From: a virus
Reading direction: 5' to 3' (one strand)
IMG/VR virus record: IMGVR_UViG_3300023239_000322
Coordinates: 1-64,000 of that record
Length of the DNA: 64,000 bases
Part shown: positions 39,041 to 48,822 of the stretch, in pieces
Layout of the letters: each line of letters begins with the position of its first letter
Position numbering within the stretch: position 1 is the first letter of the stretch
Translations under genes and position numbers: made by a program
Notes under the pieces: model-generated
The model's input: only the letters and a program-made list of their open reading frames with translations
What the model was told of the DNA's origin: nothing
Database searches by the model: none

Positions 39041-39757
39041 ATGCGTGTGAAAATTGGAAATTATATAAATGATTTTGGCCCATACCAACTAGCAGAACTA
39101 CTTTGCTTTTGGACAAAAGACGTAGAAGACGAATGCGGAATGAAAGGTAAACCTGTCTGGGTTCGCAATTTTGGTGAATGGCTTGCTCACGGTAGTGTAG
39201 AACCTGCTGCAGAGGTTGGTGATATTACCAGTTGGGATCGAGGTCGACACAACACTTTGCTATCTAAGTTCTTAGCTTGGATTCACAGCAAAAAAGAGCA
39301 AACAGTCCAAGTACACATTGATCGGTGGGATACCTGGAGTATGGATCACACACTGGCGCATATTGTGCTACCTATGCTCAAGCAACTTAAAGAAACCAAA
39401 CACGGCGGCCCTTGTGTTGACCTAAAGGATGTGCCAAAAGAACTGCACGGTAAGAAACTAACCAAGAAGCAACGTGCAAGTGGTGAAGTTGACGACAAGT
39501 ATTTTGAACGGTGGGACTGGGTATTAAATGAAATGATCTTTGCGTTTGATAGCAAGATCAATGACGACTGGGGAGAACAGTTTCAATCTGGGGTAAGTGA
39601 CATACAGTGGAAGAAACTAGAAGGCGGCGCCAGTGAATTGATGAACGGACCCAATCATACTATGGTTTATGACCACGACGGAATGAAATTACACGAAGCT
39701 CGTATACAAAATGGATTCCGCCTGTTTGGAGTCTACCTCCAGAACTTGTGGGATTAG
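39041..39757 (+). CDS. Hypothetical T4-like phage protein
   Basis: DRWDTWSMDHTLA..RWDWVL.EMIFAF..GF.LFG.Y..NLWD. Confidence 0.65.
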   Translation: MRVKIGNYINDFGPYQLAELLCFWTKDVEDECGMKGKPVWVRNFGEWLAHGSVEPAAEVGDITSWDRGRHNTLLSKFLAWIHSKKEQTVQVHIDRWDTWSMDHTLAHIVLPMLKQLKETKHGGPCVDLKDVPKELHGKKLTKKQRASGEVDDKYFERWDWVLNEMIFAFDSKINDDWGEQFQSGVSDIQWKKLEGGASELMNGPNHTMVYDHDGMKLHEARIQNGFRLFGVYLQNLWD

Positions 39758-39759
39758 AG

Positions 39760-40122
39760 ATGAAGAAAATACTAGTCACAGTTCTTGTTGTCATTTGCTT
39801 TGTAATTGGAGTTGGCCTTGCAGATGACAATTTGGAAAAGGAGGAATCCGACCAGTACATAGAAGCAGACAAACAGGTTAAGCCGGTGAACTGTTGGTCC
39901 TTGATGTATGTATTAGAAGGCATCAAAGCACAAGGCTTAAACGTCGTATGGCAAGCACAAAATAAAGATGACGAATTCCAGAATAATCAAGTTCTTTTTA
40001 CCAATGATTCAAATGTGTGGGTGCTATTAGAGTTAAATGACACCATAGCATGTGTACTTGGAGCAGGCGACAGCTTTATTCTATTAGACAACAGATATAA
40101 CCAAGGAGAGAACGAATTATGA
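39760..40122 (+). CDS. Hypothetical exported protein
   Basis: Signal-peptide-like N-terminus. Confidence 0.55.
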   Translation: MKKILVTVLVVICFVIGVGLADDNLEKEESDQYIEADKQVKPVNCWSLMYVLEGIKAQGLNVVWQAQNKDDEFQNNQVLFTNDSNVWVLLELNDTIACVLGAGDSFILLDNRYNQGENEL

Positions 40123-40286
40123 TTACTAAATGGGTAACAACACGATTAACAGAGCGCACAAGTTGGGACGGTATTGTTCTAGTAGGTGCTGGTGTGGTAT
40201 TTCTAATATTTAAACCTATTGCAAGTATAGTAGCATACGGTGCTATTGCATACGGCGCTTGGACTCTTTGGAAAAAAGAAGACTAA
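40119..40286 (+). CDS. Small 55 aa membrane protein (absent from the ORF track)
   Basis: MITKWVTTRLTERTSWDGIVLVGAGVVFLIFKPIASIVAYGAIAYGAWTLWKKED; ATGA overlap with upstream stop; GGAG RBS. Confidence 0.7.
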   Translation: MITKWVTTRLTERTSWDGIVLVGAGVVFLIFKPIASIVAYGAIAYGAWTLWKKED

Positions 40287-40345
40287 CTTAGGCTTAGTTT
40301 TTGTACCCAATACAATAAGTACTGGTGTTAACCTAGGAACTTATT

Positions 40346-40825
40346 GTGAATAATATCTGGAAGTATGTATTAATGATTCCTGCAATTGCGGCAGTGATCA
40401 GTTCGGTGTATGTTGGATTAAGTTATATCCACACATTGCAGGCAACGGTGGGATTTAACGAAAAACATATTGCCGAACTGCAACAGGCACTGAACGTTAC
40501 CGAAAAAGATACAAACGTTCAGACCGAAAAACTAGACAGTCGAGTACAAAGTGCAATCGAAAAGTTACAGATTCGATTAGCAGGTGTTGAAACCCTGTAC
40601 AAAGATGGCAGTGAACGTATGCTGATTGAAATGACCAACATGGCGTCTGGGATTGCCGAAGTTAGAGTAAGGGGACAAGCCCTACAAGATAACCAACACA
40701 TGTTAGCATCGGAAGCAGAGTTTCGTTCACTAGAGCAGTCGTACTATCAACTTAAAGATGCTTACTACCAACAACAAAATGCTATCCAGCAATTAAGACA
40801 AAAAATAGACTTTGGTGGGTACTGA
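40346..40825 (+). CDS. Membrane-anchored coiled-coil hypothetical protein
   Basis: N-terminal TM helix followed by heptad-rich helix. Confidence 0.55.
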   Translation: MNNIWKYVLMIPAIAAVISSVYVGLSYIHTLQATVGFNEKHIAELQQALNVTEKDTNVQTEKLDSRVQSAIEKLQIRLAGVETLYKDGSERMLIEMTNMASGIAEVRVRGQALQDNQHMLASEAEFRSLEQSYYQLKDAYYQQQNAIQQLRQKIDFGGY

Positions 40826-40826
40826 T

Positions 40827-41339
40827 ATGAAAAAACTTACTTTACTATTATTTTTATTATTCTCAACATCAGCATACTCACAACAGACGCAATATTTAGG
40901 GATGAGTCCGGGGCATTGTGCGTTAGCAGATCTTGAACCCTATGTTGAATATTCACAAAACACCAATACAGGCACAGGTCAAAATCTGAGTGGATATCTT
41001 GATGATCGTGCAACTGTAGGTATTAGATTGCGGATCCCGCTTTTTGGAACCTGTACTACACGGTATCAAAAAATCATGTTGGAAAATGAATTACTAAAAC
41101 AACAGATGGAATTGCTTAAACAGTGTGCAAAATATCAAAACTTAGAACTAGGACCTCAGTTTTCAGAAGTTAGTAGAATGTGTGCAGGGGTTAACGTGAA
41201 GCCAGGCTATGAGGAAGTTCATACTACACTTGACATGCTACCACCAAGAGAAGTTATTACTAACGGCCCCCTTGGTGAGGAACCACCTGACATGGAAGAA
41301 TTCCAGTTCATGCGTGAAGAAGAAGAACTGTTTGAATAA
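40827..41339 (+). CDS. Hypothetical exported protein
   Basis: MKKLTLLLFLLFSTSAYS signal peptide. Confidence 0.55.
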   Translation: MKKLTLLLFLLFSTSAYSQQTQYLGMSPGHCALADLEPYVEYSQNTNTGTGQNLSGYLDDRATVGIRLRIPLFGTCTTRYQKIMLENELLKQQMELLKQCAKYQNLELGPQFSEVSRMCAGVNVKPGYEEVHTTLDMLPPREVITNGPLGEEPPDMEEFQFMREEEELFE

Positions 41340-41347
41340 CAAATAGA

Positions 41348-41376
41348 GTGACATCAACCTGAATTAAGCGTATAAT
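41348..41376 (+). promoter_or_regulatory. Sigma70-like promoter
   Basis: GTGACA-17-TATAAT. Confidence 0.6.
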
Positions 41377-41397
41377 ACTATGCTTAAAGGAGATATC

Positions 41398-41601
41398 ATG
41401 TTATACGAACTTATTTTAGTAACCGCAATGGGTGTTAGCAACGTAGCCACATTCAGTAACGAGTACGAGTGTTTGACCTACGCTGATGAATGGCGGCTCC
41501 AGAACGTAAAAGCAGGATGCGTTCCAGTGCAAGATCCAGAAATGCAACTTGGGAAAATACTTGACATGATGAACAGGCTAACCGCAGAGGACTACGAGTA
41601 A
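41398..41601 (+). CDS. Hypothetical protein
   Basis: AAGGAG RBS before ATG 41398. Confidence 0.55.
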   Translation: MLYELILVTAMGVSNVATFSNEYECLTYADEWRLQNVKAGCVPVQDPEMQLGKILDMMNRLTAEDYE

Positions 41602-41816
41602 TGGGAATAACCGTCACAGCACAGACACTAGAAAGAATAAAAGCCAACCCACAGGCACATGCAGTATTACTGGAACTGTGGGAACGCAGTTTTGGTGGCA
41701 ATATATCAGTTACTCAAGTACAGGAAAAACTTGTTGAGTCTAACCTAATCGATACTGGTAACGAGGATATTGAGTTTGTTATATCTTCTATTAGGCTTAA
41801 TATTGGCAGTCAGTAG
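41601..41816 (+). CDS. Hypothetical protein
   Basis: Translationally coupled ORF. Confidence 0.5.
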   Translation: MGITVTAQTLERIKANPQAHAVLLELWERSFGGNISVTQVQEKLVESNLIDTGNEDIEFVISSIRLNIGSQ

Positions 41817-41936
41817 TACCCCATAAACCTAAAATCAGATTTGGAGGTTATTCAGAATGTATAGAACACATTATAGACATACGCAAGTATGTTCCGATCA
41901 GGGTCGGCAATCCCTACAGGGAGGGCTAGGCGGACT

Positions 41937-42275
41937 ATGACATATATCGTGAACGACGCTTGTATTAAATGCAAGTATACAGATTGTGTTGAAGTCTGCC
42001 CTTAGCTAGTAGACTGTTTTTACGATGCAGGAACAATGCTGGTAATTAATCCTGAAGAGTGCATTGACTGTGGTGTGTGTGAGCCAGAGTGCCCAGCAGG
42101 AGCGATTAAAGCAGACACAAATATGTCTGAAGAACTAGAGTTCTTCCTACAGTATTCTATAGAACAAAGCAAGGACAAGGAACCTGTTACTAAAACGTCT
42201 GAGCCTTACCCAGATGCTGATGATCTAAATCCTGTGTTAAATACTAGTATAGGAAACAAGAGGCACTTACTATGA
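41937..42275 (+). pseudogene. fdxA: Second FdxA-type ferredoxin interrupted by an in-frame TAG (pseudogene or recoded)
   Basis: [52 protein letters not shown]; TAG at 42003-42005. Confidence 0.8.
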
Positions 42276-42595
42276 TTGAAATAACTGAATCAGCTTTAAC
42301 TAAATTAACTACTATTTTAAATGAGGAAAACCCTGGATCAAAGTTACGTATCTTTATTCAGGGCGGTGGATGCTCAGGCTTCCAGTACGGCTTTGCTATT
42401 GAGCAAACTCAGGAAGAAGACGACTTCGTTATAACGGAAGGTGATGTTAGTGTACTGGTGGACTCAATGAGTAGCGCATACCTCCAGGGAGTTACAATAG
42501 GTTACGAACAAGATATCAATGGTGATAACTTTACTATAAAAAATCCCAATGCCGCATCTACTTGCGGATGCGGATCATCATTTACTCCAAGCTAA
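42272..42595 (+). CDS. erpA: A-type Fe-S cluster carrier (ErpA/IscA)
   Basis: GGGCSGFQY, NPNAASTCGCGSSF. Confidence 0.9.
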   Translation: MIEITESALTKLTTILNEENPGSKLRIFIQGGGCSGFQYGFAIEQTQEEDDFVITEGDVSVLVDSMSSAYLQGVTIGYEQDINGDNFTIKNPNAASTCGCGSSFTPS

Positions 42596-42601
42596 ACTTA
42601 G

Positions 42602-42647
42602 TCCTTGATTACTGAAACTAATAAATAACAGTAACAGTAATCAAGGA
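42602..42647 (+). promoter_or_regulatory. 13-bp inverted repeat enclosing a late promoter and sequestering the RBS
   Basis: TCCTTGATTACTG / CAGTAATCAAGGA with ATAAATA at 42621 in the loop. Confidence 0.7.
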
Positions 42648-42656
42648 TACTTTAAT

Positions 42657-43043
42657 ATGGCAAGACAACTTATTAATATTGGATCTAGTGCCAACGATGG
42701 CACAGGCGACCCTATAAGATCAGCATTTGATAAAATAAACGATAACTTCCAGGAAGTTTATGGCGCATCAGCCGTTGGAACAAACATAGACATTAGTAGC
42801 AATACCATCGCAAGCACTAATACTAACGGCAACATCACACTAGATCCTAACGGTACAGGACTGGTTGTTATAGATGATGACCAGTTTAAAATTAGTACAA
42901 GTAAGACGCCAGCCGCAAGCATAGGCGCAAGTGGTGATGTTGCAGGACTGGTAGCATGGGACAGCAGTTACATCTATGTTTGTACAGGAACCTACGACGG
43001 ATCAACAGCAATTTGGGCAAGAACCGCTATAAGCACTTGGTAA
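42657..43043 (+). CDS. Baseplate/tail-associated protein (gp9/gp10-like N-terminus)
   Basis: INIG..ANDGTGDPIRSAFDKINDNF. Confidence 0.7.
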   Translation: MARQLINIGSSANDGTGDPIRSAFDKINDNFQEVYGASAVGTNIDISSNTIASTNTNGNITLDPNGTGLVVIDDDQFKISTSKTPAASIGASGDVAGLVAWDSSYIYVCTGTYDGSTAIWARTAISTW

Positions 43044-43052
43044 GGATAAACA

Positions 43053-45068
43053 ATGGCAAGACAGACAATTAACATAGGTACCATTCAGAATGACGGCACG
43101 GGAGATAAACTCCGTGATGCTATGGACAAAGTCAATGATAACTTCCTAGAGCTCTATACTGAACTAGGGGGCGAATCATTAAGCAACCTAGACATTAGTG
43201 GTAATACTTTAAGTTCAGCGAACTCTAATGGGGACATTATCTTAGACCCCAATGGCACTGGAAAAGTTAAGATAGATAATCTTGCTATCTCAGGTAACAC
43301 GCTCTCAAGTACAGATACTAACGGCAATATAACACTGGATCCAGCTGGTACGGGTAGTGTTGTATTGGATAGTCCAGTCAGTATTACAGGTACTCTAACA
43401 CTAAGCACATCATTAAGTGCCAATGTCATTGGAAATTTAACAGGTGATGTTACTGGCACAGTTAGTAGTATCAGCAACCACACAACAACTAATCTTATTG
43501 AAGGCACAAATTTATATTACACTAATACTAGAGCAAGAGCCGCATTAAGTGCGACAGGCAGTATTAGTTACGATAGCGGAAGTGGTGTAATTAGTTACAC
43601 AGAATCAGTAACTAGTGTTAATGGTGAAACAGGCGCAGTTGTATTGACTCTGAGCGATATAGCGGTAGATGGTCAACTTGATGGAGACCTAGTAGGTAGT
43701 GTGTTTGGCAACGACAGTACTATTCTAGTAGATGGTGGTGCTAACGAAATAGTTGGTACTATTAATTCCACAAGTGGCACAATTACAACACTAAATGCAA
43801 CAACAATTACGGGATTTACAACATTAACTGGTGCAGGCGATGCAATTATTACTGCTGGTGTGTTCTATGGTGATGAAACACAAGTAGACAGATACTTGAT
43901 GAAAGATTCATCTATTGTTATAGATGAAACAGGAACACTACTTGCTGATATAAACAACAGCACATCAGCAACCTTCTCTGGCACAGTAAATTTAAACGGC
44001 GCCACAGTATCCAACGCCTCATTTAACTTAACTGGTAACTTAACTGGTGTTGTAGACGGTGACTTAATTGGTAGTGTATTTGGTGATGACAGTACAACAA
44101 TTATTGATGGTATTAATAAAACAGGAACACTTACTGAATTAGATGTAGATGATATAAACATCGATGGTAATACAATTAGTGCCGCTGGTGCCGCATCCAA
44201 TCAGAATCTTATCTTAAATGTTAAGGGTGTTGCCGCATTAGAGACAAACTCAGATACAATTTCGTTTCAACCAAGAACAGACTTTGGACTTGATGGTATT
44301 GGTGCGGTTGGTGATGCAGACAACTTATTCAGTCAGAACGATGACTATCTATACAAATCAACAGTTGCATATGACGGCAGTACACTAATTTGGAAACGTG
44401 CAAAGTTACGTTATTTTAACGAACCACTATTTTATGTTGGGGCAGATGACAGCACAATGCGTGGTGTTGGTGACCTAGAAGGTATTAAGATTATAGGTGG
44501 TACCAATGTAAGCACATCAAGTGACGCTGAAGGTAACATTACAATCGACGCAACTGATACAGGTATTACAGATGTAGTCAGTGATACGACGCCTCAACTA
44601 GGTGGCGACTTAGATGTAAACGGATTTAAGATTACTACAGCACGTAGCAACGAAGACCTACAACTAGAACCGAACGGCACTGGTACAGTTGTAATTAACA
44701 GTGGCCTAAGACTAGAAGAAGGCACACAAGACAGATTTAGCACACTAACTGGGGCCACTGGCACAGTAGCACATGATTGCGCAAACGGAAACATATTTTA
44801 CCACACAAGTATTAGTGCTAACTTCACTGCAAACTTTACAAACTTACAATTAGACACAAGTTATGCTACAGCAGTCACATTGGTATTGGTGCAGGGCGGC
44901 ACAGCATATATTCCAAACGTAGTACAGATAGGTGGTGCGGGCCAAACTATTAATTGGCAAGGCAATTCAGAACCTACTGGAACTACAAGTCGTGTAGATA
45001 CTGTTTCGTTAACTATTCTCAATAACAGCGGAAGTTATACTGTGCTTGGACAACTAACGGACTTTTAA
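43053..45068 (+). CDS. Tail fibre / baseplate-attached fibre protein
   Basis: Same N-terminal motif; NGNITLDPNGTG repeats; DGDLxGSVFGxDST twice; TTPQLGGDLDVNG. Confidence 0.7.
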   Translation: MARQTINIGTIQNDGTGDKLRDAMDKVNDNFLELYTELGGESLSNLDISGNTLSSANSNGDIILDPNGTGKVKIDNLAISGNTLSSTDTNGNITLDPAGTGSVVLDSPVSITGTLTLSTSLSANVIGNLTGDVTGTVSSISNHTTTNLIEGTNLYYTNTRARAALSATGSISYDSGSGVISYTESVTSVNGETGAVVLTLSDIAVDGQLDGDLVGSVFGNDSTILVDGGANEIVGTINSTSGTITTLNATTITGFTTLTGAGDAIITAGVFYGDETQVDRYLMKDSSIVIDETGTLLADINNSTSATFSGTVNLNGATVSNASFNLTGNLTGVVDGDLIGSVFGDDSTTIIDGINKTGTLTELDVDDINIDGNTISAAGAASNQNLILNVKGVAALETNSDTISFQPRTDFGLDGIGAVGDADNLFSQNDDYLYKSTVAYDGSTLIWKRAKLRYFNEPLFYVGADDSTMRGVGDLEGIKIIGGTNVSTSSDAEGNITIDATDTGITDVVSDTTPQLGGDLDVNGFKITTARSNEDLQLEPNGTGTVVINSGLRLEEGTQDRFSTLTGATGTVAHDCANGNIFYHTSISANFTANFTNLQLDTSYATAVTLVLVQGGTAYIPNVVQIGGAGQTINWQGNSEPTGTTSRVDTVSLTILNNSGSYTVLGQLTDF

Positions 45069-45120
45069 CCCATACTGCACCAGCACCGTAAGTATAAATA
45101 CACTATAAGGAGTTTTTATA

Positions 45121-47556
45121 GTGGCAAAACCAGTTTGGCAAACACCTGAAGGTGATTTGGGTATCATTGCAGAACGTCAATTTTACAATCTACGTTTTGA
45201 TGTCAATGACTCGGATCAGCCTATTAGTCCCTCGTTAACGTACACTATTACAGCAGGAGCGTTGCCACGTGGCCTCAGTCTTAAAGACGATGGGTTTATT
45301 GAAGGTACTCCTACAAAAAATAAAGTATTCTTAAGAGGTGTTCCGTTAGATGTTGGACAGAACGAGACCAGCAGATTTGCGGTTAGAGTATCCACTCCAA
45401 GCGGTCATATTGCAGACAGAACTTTTCAGTTAACCGTTACAGGTCAAAACCCGCCTAATATTACTACTTTATCGCAACGCCTGGGTATTGTATATGACGG
45501 CACTTTCTTTAGTTTCCAACTACTTGCTGTTGACTTAGATATTGATGACATAATTACGTGGTCATTTTCTACTGGTGAACTTCCGCCAGGACTAACAGTT
45601 AGTACAACAGGATTAATATCTGGTTATACAACACCACAAGCACTTATTGCTAATCCTAATCCTGGATTTGATTTCCAAGAGTGGGACGAATTTCCCTGGG
45701 ATAATTCAAGTCCCAGTGTTAATAAAACATATAGTTTTGAAATTAGTGCAACAGACGGCAAGGACTTTGACGTAGCCACTTATACTATTGAAGTATTAAG
45801 TAAAGATACATTGACTGCTGACGCAGAAGATTTTACAGCAGATCACCAAGACTTACTTACAACAGACACTGACAACAAACGACTGCCAGTATTACGGTAT
45901 GCGCCGACCACACTGGGTACGATATTGCATGATAATTACTTTGCATATAAATTTGATGGCTTTGATTTTGATGGTGACCGCATAACATATGCGTTATCCT
46001 TGGGTTCAGGCTCCCTATATGACGACGGTGGCTTTGATTCTCAGAGATATTCTGGCGGAGACTTTATTGCTCCCCCTGGACTAACCCTAAATGCCGACAC
46101 CGGTTGGCTACATGGATACATACCTATCCAGGCACTTACGCAACAAGAATTTACATTTGGTATTCAGGTAGAAAAGGCAGAGTTTAACGATTACCAGAGC
46201 GACGTTGAAATCGTTACCTTAACACTAGTTACTGATTTGCTAAGATTAGTTACATGGGCAACTCCTGCGGCACTGGGATCAATAGAAAATGGTGCAGTAA
46301 GTGAATTATACGTGGAAGCGACTAATCCATTGGATAGAACGTTATACTACAGATTAAAAAGAGGCGAGTTAAATAGACTACCTCAAGGTCTTAAATTATT
46401 AGACAACGGGCTTATTGTAGGTCGATGTAGTTTTAATGTTTTCCAACTAGATAGTGGTGATATTTCTTTTGACACAGATACGTTATCGTTCGATACTACC
46501 TTTACAAGTACTATAGAGGCATATGACTTAGAAGGGGAAATTACTGTAACCAGAGACTTTACTATTACTATTACCGTTGCTAATACCAAACCGTATGAAG
46601 ATTTATACTTTGTAAGCAGAACTAAGAATACTGATAGGTCAAGTTTTACATCATTATTAAACAATGCTAATATTTTCCCTGCAACTAAGATTTATAGATC
46701 GTCAGATCCGTATTTTGGTAAGCAGACAGATTTAAGATTTATGGTTGCTACCGGGTTAGAGCCCAAGTCAGTAAATCAATACGTAGCAGGAATGAGTAAA
46801 AACCACTACAACAAGAAATTAAAGTTTGGAGGTATAGGGTCCGCCAGAGCACTAAACACTGATGGAACTACCAGATACGAAGTTGTCTATGTGGAAATAA
46901 CAGACGATCAGGAAAATACCCTGGGAAAAAGCACGAGTAGTTCATTAAATCTTTCTAACAAAATAGATAATACACTTAGTGTAGACAAAGGTTACATAGA
47001 TGTGTCGTCAGGGCACTGGCAAGCAAGTGCAACTAATGAGTACCTGGTGTACCCAAATAGTATATTAAACATGCAACAAGCAATGGTTACTGGTGTTGGC
47101 CAATCTAACGTTGGCACATTACCAGACTGGCAAACAAGTAAACAAAAAAATGATCAGACTCTAAACTACAAGCACTATGCTATACTAGCATATGTTACAT
47201 CAGGCAATGCGGAACAAATAGCATTCCTGTTAACTAGACACATTGCCAATAATAATTTTGATTTTAAAGACATAAAATGGGAAACAGACAGATACGTTCA
47301 TGATCTTAACTTGAGCAAGAATTACGATAAATCTCTGGGCGTGTTTACTTCTGCTGGAGAAACATCATTTGATGAGGATGGGGTTAAATACGGAGCAGAG
47401 ACAACTTTTGACGGTGCAGGCACTAAGTTTGTTAAATATAAAGATGTATACGAAGAGCCCGATCAGAACGATAAATACTTGGTATTTCCGAGAAGAGGCA
47501 TATTCGGACGAGAACCAAACGTAGACTACGAACTAATACAGTATCAGACAGATTAA
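45121..47556 (+). CDS. Virion structural protein with putative Ig-like repeats
   Basis: GxLPxGL repeats (GALPRGL, GELPPGL, PPGLTLN, LPQGL); TATAAATA and AAGGAG upstream; GTG start. Confidence 0.65.
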   Translation: MAKPVWQTPEGDLGIIAERQFYNLRFDVNDSDQPISPSLTYTITAGALPRGLSLKDDGFIEGTPTKNKVFLRGVPLDVGQNETSRFAVRVSTPSGHIADRTFQLTVTGQNPPNITTLSQRLGIVYDGTFFSFQLLAVDLDIDDIITWSFSTGELPPGLTVSTTGLISGYTTPQALIANPNPGFDFQEWDEFPWDNSSPSVNKTYSFEISATDGKDFDVATYTIEVLSKDTLTADAEDFTADHQDLLTTDTDNKRLPVLRYAPTTLGTILHDNYFAYKFDGFDFDGDRITYALSLGSGSLYDDGGFDSQRYSGGDFIAPPGLTLNADTGWLHGYIPIQALTQQEFTFGIQVEKAEFNDYQSDVEIVTLTLVTDLLRLVTWATPAALGSIENGAVSELYVEATNPLDRTLYYRLKRGELNRLPQGLKLLDNGLIVGRCSFNVFQLDSGDISFDTDTLSFDTTFTSTIEAYDLEGEITVTRDFTITITVANTKPYEDLYFVSRTKNTDRSSFTSLLNNANIFPATKIYRSSDPYFGKQTDLRFMVATGLEPKSVNQYVAGMSKNHYNKKLKFGGIGSARALNTDGTTRYEVVYVEITDDQENTLGKSTSSSLNLSNKIDNTLSVDKGYIDVSSGHWQASATNEYLVYPNSILNMQQAMVTGVGQSNVGTLPDWQTSKQKNDQTLNYKHYAILAYVTSGNAEQIAFLLTRHIANNNFDFKDIKWETDRYVHDLNLSKNYDKSLGVFTSAGETSFDEDGVKYGAETTFDGAGTKFVKYKDVYEEPDQNDKYLVFPRRGIFGREPNVDYELIQYQTD

Positions 47557-47566
47557 GGAACTATAA

Positions 47567-48313
47567 ATGGCCAGTAATATTAATCCAAATACCATTGACG
47601 GCTTGTATCCAGTAGCTGGACAAGACAATGACAGTCAAGGTTTTAGAGACAATTTCACAAATTCTAAAAATAACTTTACGTATGCTAAGACAGAACTTGA
47701 AGACTTGCAAAGTAAAGTTATTCTTAAGTCCGCATTGTCGGGTGGTTCACTTGACAATGACATGAACGATGCGCTTATTAAAGCGGCTAAGATACAAGAC
47801 TTTTCAGAAGCAAGGCTTGACAAAGGCTCAACCTCAGGCACAATGACTTTCAGCCATACTGAGGGACATTACCAAACTGTAACAGCAACGGGTTCATTAA
47901 CGTTTGCGTTTAGTAATTTCCCCCCAGCAGGACAGTTGGGACGAATCAAAGTAGAGGTTACAATTAGCAACGTGGGCCACACAGTAACATTACCCACAGC
48001 AGTAAGTATCGGACACGAAAACATCGCAGGTATTAGCTCAAGAGTTATTACTTTTGATGAAGTAGGCACCTATATTTTTGAATTTACCACAGAAGACAAT
48101 GGCTCAGCAATTGCAGTAAACGATATTACACGAAATTTAACAAGAATACATGCAAACAGACTTAGATTAAACACCGTAACGCCAGCAAACATTGGACAGG
48201 CAGGCGACGTGGCAGGGTTGCTCGCTATTGATGCTTCCTATGTGTATGTATGTACAGGCATTTACGATGGCTCCACAGTAATTTGGAAGAGGGCGGGAGT
48301 TAGCGCATACTAA
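47567..48313 (+). CDS. Tail/baseplate-associated structural protein
   Basis: YPVAGQDNDSQGFRDNF; C-terminal module shared with 42657. Confidence 0.6.
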   Translation: MASNINPNTIDGLYPVAGQDNDSQGFRDNFTNSKNNFTYAKTELEDLQSKVILKSALSGGSLDNDMNDALIKAAKIQDFSEARLDKGSTSGTMTFSHTEGHYQTVTATGSLTFAFSNFPPAGQLGRIKVEVTISNVGHTVTLPTAVSIGHENIAGISSRVITFDEVGTYIFEFTTEDNGSAIAVNDITRNLTRIHANRLRLNTVTPANIGQAGDVAGLLAIDASYVYVCTGIYDGSTVIWKRAGVSAY

Positions 48314-48339
48314 CCTAAGTTAAAATAAACGGGGAAACG

Positions 48340-48364
48340 GGCTAGTAAACTAGCCTTTTTCTTT
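48340..48364 (+). terminator. Rho-independent terminator
   Basis: GGCTAG-TAAA-CTAGCC followed by TTTTTCTTT. Confidence 0.7.
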
Positions 48365-48391
48365 GACTTTATCATCGGCTTTAGTTATAAT
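48363..48391 (+). promoter_or_regulatory. Sigma70 promoter
   Basis: TTGACT-17-TATAAT. Confidence 0.7.
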
Positions 48392-48409
48392 AACATACAA
48401 GGAGAGCAC

Positions 48410-48814
48410 ATGATAGACTTAAACAAGTACAAGGATTTTGTTGCAGAAGTAACAAGCGAACAATCCAATATTACAGGAAGACTGGTAGAAACCCTCGCTA
48501 GTCTCAACATACACACAGACATTAATCCAGCACTGTTACTTACAGCCGCTCTTGGATTGGCCGCAGAGTCAGGTGAGTTTGCAGAGATACCTAAAAAGAT
48601 TATATTCCAAGGCAAACCGTGTGACGAAGATGCTATATTCCATATGAAACGTGAACTTGGTGATGTTGCGTGGTACTGGATAAATGCTTGTAGAGCACTT
48701 AACCTAGATCCAAACGACGTAATAGAAGAAAACATTAAGAAGTTGGAGTCACGTTATCCAGGTGGCAAGTTTGATGCACACTATAGTGAAAACAGGCATG
48801 AAGGCGACTTATAA
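48410..48814 (+). CDS. mazG: MazG-like nucleotide pyrophosphohydrolase
   Basis: GLAAESGEFAEIPKK..ELGDVAWY..KLESRYP. Confidence 0.88.
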   Translation: MIDLNKYKDFVAEVTSEQSNITGRLVETLASLNIHTDINPALLLTAALGLAAESGEFAEIPKKIIFQGKPCDEDAIFHMKRELGDVAWYWINACRALNLDPNDVIEENIKKLESRYPGGKFDAHYSENRHEGDL

Positions 48815-48822
48815 ATAACAAT

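Noticed and set aside
41817-41936. tRNA (for example an amber suppressor) in the GC-richer intergenic stretch
   Set aside because: No cloverleaf or properly placed T-loop/CCA could be built by eye
42003-42005. Genome-wide TAG reassignment (code 15)
   Set aside because: Other genes are full length in code 11 and several end at TAG (e.g. 938, 5055, 24769)
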